Source: an uncultured bacterium (GTDB lineage Bacteria; Babelota; Babeliae; Babelales; Vermiphilaceae). Taken from it: a stretch of DNA of 64,000 bases. The DNA is taken from positions 1 through 64,000 of the forward strand of contig OY970172.1 of the NCBI GenBank assembly GCA_963707655.1, written 5' to 3'. Made by a program: the position numbers and the translations under genes. The notes beneath the pieces were generated by a model. The model ran no database searches. It saw only the letters and a program-made list of their open reading frames with translations, and was not told the origin of the DNA. Below, piece by piece: positions 60,028 to 64,000 of this stretch; position 1 is the stretch's first letter; each line of letters starts with the position of its first letter.

Positions 60028-60504
60028 TTATAGGTTTTGTAGTTTTGCTTCGTTTTCCGCTTGTGTAAACATTTTTCCTGCATGATATTCGGCAAGAGCG
60101 GTATGAGGATCACCGTCGCGCTCAAAATCAATCTTCATATTGGCAAAATAGGGCATCATGTGTGCGCCGAAGCGGCTATAAAAAGGAATTGAGCTGTTTG
60201 TGGGGACCCAGAATACTGTTTTTACCCCCTCATGTTTCATGTCGTCAAAGGCTCTAAGCAGCAATTGGCTGCCGATCCCATTTTTTTGATGCTTCTTTTC
60301 TACGTCTAATGAAACAACAAGCGCTGATCCTTGCTCATGTATGTCATATAGAATGTGAGCAGCCTCGCGCCCGTTATGATGTGCTCTGATAGCCATTGAG
60401 CCAAAGTTATTTTCTGTGGTGAATGTATACGTTGCTCCGGCTGATTGGATGCAAAAAACAAGTACGGTAATGGGGATTTGCGTTATGATAGATTTCATTT
60501 TCAT
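60028..60504 (-). CDS. Signal-peptide GNAT acetyltransferase
   Basis: LDVEKKHQKNGIGSQLL, IPFYSRFG. Confidence 0.85.
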   Translation of the reverse strand: MKMKSIITQIPITVLVFCIQSAGATYTFTTENNFGSMAIRAHHNGREAAHILYDIHEQGSALVVSLDVEKKHQKNGIGSQLLLRAFDDMKHEGVKTVFWVPTNSSIPFYSRFGAHMMPYFANMKIDFERDGDPHTALAEYHAGKMFTQAENEAKLQNL

Positions 60505-60551
60505 GGTTAACCTTCCAGATTTCCACTTGGGATAAATATTTTTCCTACATA

Positions 60552-61004
60552 CTATTCTTTTTTAATGCTCTGATCGTTGTTGTCATCAAAAGAAATAAAC
60601 ATCCAGTGACCATGAGATGATGCACCAAATCGTTTGTAAAAAGGTATCGTCTCTGGGGCAGCAACCCACGACGCGTGCTTGATGTTGTGTTCTTTCATGT
60701 GTGCGAAGGCCATGGAGAGCAACTGGGTGCCCAGACCTCTTCTTTGGTATTCTTCGTCTATATCGAGTTCGTACACCATCGCACAATCAGTTCCTTCATC
60801 ATATGCAATGTCATATGTTACGCCGCCAATATATTTTGATGTATCGTTCTTTAATCGTATGTCGATACTCGCGAGGTTTTTAGATTGTATTGTTTTTATG
60901 AAAGCAAATTCTGTTTCAATAGTGTGCTGCGGTGCAGCCATTGCGCACGCTTGCGTTTGGTAGAGGCACAGTATAGCGGTAATTAATGAGATGAGCTTTG
61001 TCAT
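60552..61004 (-). CDS. Signal-peptide GNAT acetyltransferase (tandem paralog)
   Basis: LDIDEEYQRRGLGTQLL, IPFYKRFG; ...QACA-MAAP. Confidence 0.85.
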   Translation of the reverse strand: MTKLISLITAILCLYQTQACAMAAPQHTIETEFAFIKTIQSKNLASIDIRLKNDTSKYIGGVTYDIAYDEGTDCAMVYELDIDEEYQRRGLGTQLLSMAFAHMKEHNIKHASWVAAPETIPFYKRFGASSHGHWMFISFDDNNDQSIKKE

Positions 61005-61220
61005 TATCAAAATCCCCCCGACAATTCAAAATTATAAAAATAGATAACCAGTTTTTCGCATTGCTATATATAATCAACCCTACCAATAGTGCTCAATTTG
61101 TCAATTTATCTATGGTTGGATGTTTGTTTTATTCTTATTTGACATGAAAATAAGAGGGTTGCGGGTAAGTGGGACAGCTGCTATACCGCGTGGGGAGCGG
61201 TGCAAAGCAGGAATATAAGC

Positions 61221-61258
61221 AAAAAAAAGAGGCAGACTTTTTAGGTCTGCCTCTTTTG
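61221..61258 (-). terminator. rpsA-ndk terminator
   Basis: aaaagaggcagac...gtctgcctctttt with poly-A on the + strand. Confidence 0.8.
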
Positions 61259-61278
61259 AAATCAGATGAGAGGTTAGT

Positions 61279-61698
61279 TCATCGATTCGTATTGTTAGCG
61301 AAGAAAATTCCCAACTCTTCTTGAGCTGTCTGGGCAGCATCAGAACCATGGGTTGCATTTTCTCCGATGCTTTTACCAAACTTCTTTCTAACGGTTCCCT
61401 CTTCGGCTTGTGCCGGATTGGTTGCACCCATTAGATCGCGCCATGCTTTAATGGCATTCTCTTTTTTAAGAGCCATTATAATCAGCGGGCCCGACGTGAT
61501 AAATTCAACCATTTCACCAAAGAACGGCTTATCTTTATGTATTGCATACAATTGATGCGCCTGTTCTTTGCTCATGTTGATTTTTTGCATGCCGGTAATG
61601 GTAAAGCCATTATGTTCAATCATATCAATGATTTTGCCGCTGTTTTTTGCGGCAACAGCATCGGGCTTGATCATTGCAAAAGTGGTTTCCTGAGCCAT
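61279..61698 (-). CDS. ndk: Nucleoside diphosphate kinase
   Basis: TFAMIKPDAV, H.DKPFF, GATNP, NATHGSD; start taken at MAQETT. Confidence 0.97.
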   Translation of the reverse strand: MAQETTFAMIKPDAVAAKNSGKIIDMIEHNGFTITGMQKINMSKEQAHQLYAIHKDKPFFGEMVEFITSGPLIIMALKKENAIKAWRDLMGATNPAQAEEGTVRKKFGKSIGENATHGSDAAQTAQEELGIFFANNTNR

Positions 61699-61699
61699 C

Positions 61700-63547
61700 T
61701 TATTCTCCTGATTCGTCATTGCCGCCTTTTTGACGAGCAGCATGTTTTTCAAGTTCTAATTGCAACAGGCTCTTGCCTCTTCCTTCTGAAATTACTTCTT
61801 TAGGAGCCTTTTCTTTTCTGCTTGTTGCAGCAGGTGCGGCATGAGAAGCCTCTTTTTTAGGAGCGGCCATTTTGGTTTCGCGTTTTTCATCTTTTGCAGA
61901 TGGTTGTAATTTGAGACTGAGACCAAGTTTGCGATCTGTCTTGTTTACATTGAGCACGCGGAATTGAGCAACTTGACCAACTTTGAGCACGTTTTCCACT
62001 TTTTCAACATTGTGGTCGGCTAGTTCAGAGATGTGTACAAGGCCTTCAATGCCGATTGGCAATTTTACAAAGGCACCAAAATTGGTGATCTTTGAAACTT
62101 CACCTTCAACCAGTGAGCCAACTTTGTATTCTTGCTCAATTTTTTCCCATGGATCTTGGCTGAGTTGCTTGATGCCGAGGGAAATTTTCTTGTTATCTTT
62201 ATCGATACCAAGAACAACCGCTTCTACTTCATCACCCTTTTTGTAGATATCTGTTGGGTGATTGATATGCTCGGTCCAGGAAAGATCTGAAATATGAACA
62301 AGACCATCAATGCCCGGCAACAACTGAACAAAAATACCGAAATCGGTAATGTTGCTTATAGTGCCTTTAATCTTTTGGCCAATTTTGAATTGTTCATTAA
62401 CTGATTCCCACGGATTTTTATCGAGTTGTTTGATGCTCAAAGACATGCGGCGATTTGCTACATCAAGAGAAACAACAACGATTTCAATTTCCTGACCAAC
62501 TCTAAACTTGCTGTTCAAGTCATTGATACGATCTGTCCATGAAACTTCAGAGATATGCACCAATCCTTCAACGCCACGTTGTATTTCAACAAAGAGGCCG
62601 TAATCGGTAATGCTTGAAATTTTGCCTTTAATCTTGTCGCCCACTTTAATAGTTTCGGCAACTTTTTGCCATGGGTTGTCAGACAATTGTTTAAGGCCCA
62701 AGGAGATCTTTTCATTGCTCTTGTCAAAAGAAAGCACTTTAACGGTAATGTTTTGGCCAATCTTCAACATTTCGCTTGGATGAGCAATGCGTCCCCAGGT
62801 CATATCAGTAATATGAAGCAAGCCATCTACGCCGCCGATATCAATAAATGCGCCATAGTTGGTAATGTTTTTAACTTGTCCTTGAATGACTTGCCCTTCT
62901 TTGAGGGTATCAAGAACTTGTTTTCTTGTTTCACTGCGTTGTTCAGAAAGATATTTTCTGCGGGAAATAATAATGTTGCCACGTTTTTTGTTGAGTTTGA
63001 GAATATTGGCAACAACTGTTTGGCCAACATATTGGTCAAAATCAAGAACGCGTTGTAAATCGATTTGTGAACCGGGCAAGAATGCAGGAATGCCCATGTC
63101 AACGTTAAGACCACCCTTAACTTTGTGAGTGACAATACCTTCAACTGGTTTGTTCTCTTCAAAGAGCTTGGTAACATGTTCCCAGGCTTTGAGTGCTTTT
63201 GCTTTTTCATAAGAAAGGACCACATTGCCTTCAATGCTTTCCAACTCGTCAAGGATTACTTCAATGACATCGCCTGGCTGAATTTTTTTCAGATCAGCTT
63301 CGCTGAATTCATAGCGCGGGATAAGGCCGTCTGATTTGTAGTTGATATCGACCAAGACTCCATCGGAATCTACGCGAACAACTTTACCATGGACCAATTT
63401 TCCTGGATTGAGGGTATCAAAAATACCTTCATATAAATTGCTTAATTCTTCTAATTGTTCTTTATTTAAAGAAGTTTCTTCATTTTGAATGAGAGATGCC
63501 ATATCCGCATGGGCAAATTGGCTAGAACGAATGAGTTCTTTTGACAT
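61700..63547 (-). CDS. rpsA: 30S ribosomal protein S1
   Basis: Six S1 repeats (YGAFIDIGGVDGLLH, FGIFV..GIDGLVHIS, etc.). Confidence 0.98.
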   Translation of the reverse strand: MSKELIRSSQFAHADMASLIQNEETSLNKEQLEELSNLYEGIFDTLNPGKLVHGKVVRVDSDGVLVDINYKSDGLIPRYEFSEADLKKIQPGDVIEVILDELESIEGNVVLSYEKAKALKAWEHVTKLFEENKPVEGIVTHKVKGGLNVDMGIPAFLPGSQIDLQRVLDFDQYVGQTVVANILKLNKKRGNIIISRRKYLSEQRSETRKQVLDTLKEGQVIQGQVKNITNYGAFIDIGGVDGLLHITDMTWGRIAHPSEMLKIGQNITVKVLSFDKSNEKISLGLKQLSDNPWQKVAETIKVGDKIKGKISSITDYGLFVEIQRGVEGLVHISEVSWTDRINDLNSKFRVGQEIEIVVVSLDVANRRMSLSIKQLDKNPWESVNEQFKIGQKIKGTISNITDFGIFVQLLPGIDGLVHISDLSWTEHINHPTDIYKKGDEVEAVVLGIDKDNKKISLGIKQLSQDPWEKIEQEYKVGSLVEGEVSKITNFGAFVKLPIGIEGLVHISELADHNVEKVENVLKVGQVAQFRVLNVNKTDRKLGLSLKLQPSAKDEKRETKMAAPKKEASHAAPAATSRKEKAPKEVISEGRGKSLLQLELEKHAARQKGGNDESGE

Positions 63548-63757
63548 AAATAGTGTGCTCCGGTTGATTATCCAAGAAAATGGTAATCAAGTATGAGGGT
63601 TTAAGGTTAAACATATAAAACTTTATGTTTGTAGGGTAGCAAGAAATTGCTGAAAGAGCAAATAAAAAACCTTAAAAATCAGGGTTTTTTTCTACTTTGC
63701 CATAAAATGGAGAGTAGAACCCTTCGCAGTCTTGGCGCGGTAGGGTCGGCTTCAGAT

Positions 63758-64000
63758 TTAATCAAGAGTATAGATTGGATTGGGCACTTTAAATGCTTTG
63801 AGTGCATAACCACCCAGCAGGTCGCTTTCTTGATCACCAATATTGGCTACAATGCTGTATCCCTGTTCTTCAATCTGGCGTCGAGCGGCACTTTTAAAAG
63901 GCATAATTGAATTTGCATTGTCATCTTCGGGTTGTAAGTATATCCCTTGCCATGAGGTGAACCCGGCACTCTTCAGGTTTTGCTCGGTTGCTTTGCGTCG
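63758..64000 (-). CDS. HAD subfamily IIIB acid phosphatase, C-terminal fragment (runs off window end)
   Basis: Manual translation ...ATEQNLKSAGF...FKSAARRQIEEQGYSIVANIGDQESDLLGG...FKVPNPIY.LD*. Confidence 0.88.
   Translation of the reverse strand, partial: RRKATEQNLKSAGFTSWQGIYLQPEDDNANSIMPFKSAARRQIEEQGYSIVANIGDQESDLLGGYALKAFKVPNPIYTLD

Noticed and set aside
63647..63910. 87-aa plus-strand ORF
   Set aside because: Overlaps antisense the clearly recognisable acid-phosphatase C-terminus.

Overview
Gene-dense, AT-rich bacterial chromosome segment (standard code 11). Its gene content suggests an intracellular parasite of protists, most consistent with Candidatus Babeliales (Dependentiae/TM6); this is inferred from two tandem ATP/ADP-translocase-family transporters, an ankyrin protein, eukaryote-like enzymes and many lineage-specific signal-peptide proteins. 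Housekeeping genes include glmS (3' end), ctpA, ftsB, sod, lysS, recJ, cmk, lon, rpsB, tRNA-Ser, SRP RNA, dnaX, der, hpf, dsbD, tRNA-Ala, cca, sufU, nurA, dnaJ, bamA, cysS, trxA, groEL/groES, rpe, ndk and rpsA. They are interspersed with about 25 exported hypothetical or effector-like genes. Main observations: (1) about ten unrelated exported proteins place a Met (mostly M-D/E/Q) right after the predicted signal-peptidase site, a candidate effector-export or host N-terminus-mimicry signature; (2) candidate effectors include a Josephin-like cysteine protease, a cPLA2-like lipase, signal-peptide GNATs and TM+coiled-coil proteins; (3) two small exported Cys-containing genes are inserted between groES and groEL; (4) a Cys-rich lipoprotein plus Cys-rich secreted protein pair recalls chlamydial OmcA/OmcB; (5) REP-like GTA/GAA-bulged palindrome pairs start at the 3' end of both tRNAs; (6) a 360-bp element bounded by 16-bp inverted repeats lies between cysS and trxA. 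Frameshifts in lon, dnaX, groEL, recJ and two hypothetical genes most likely reflect sequencing or assembly indels. No CRISPR array, transposase, integrase or prophage was seen.
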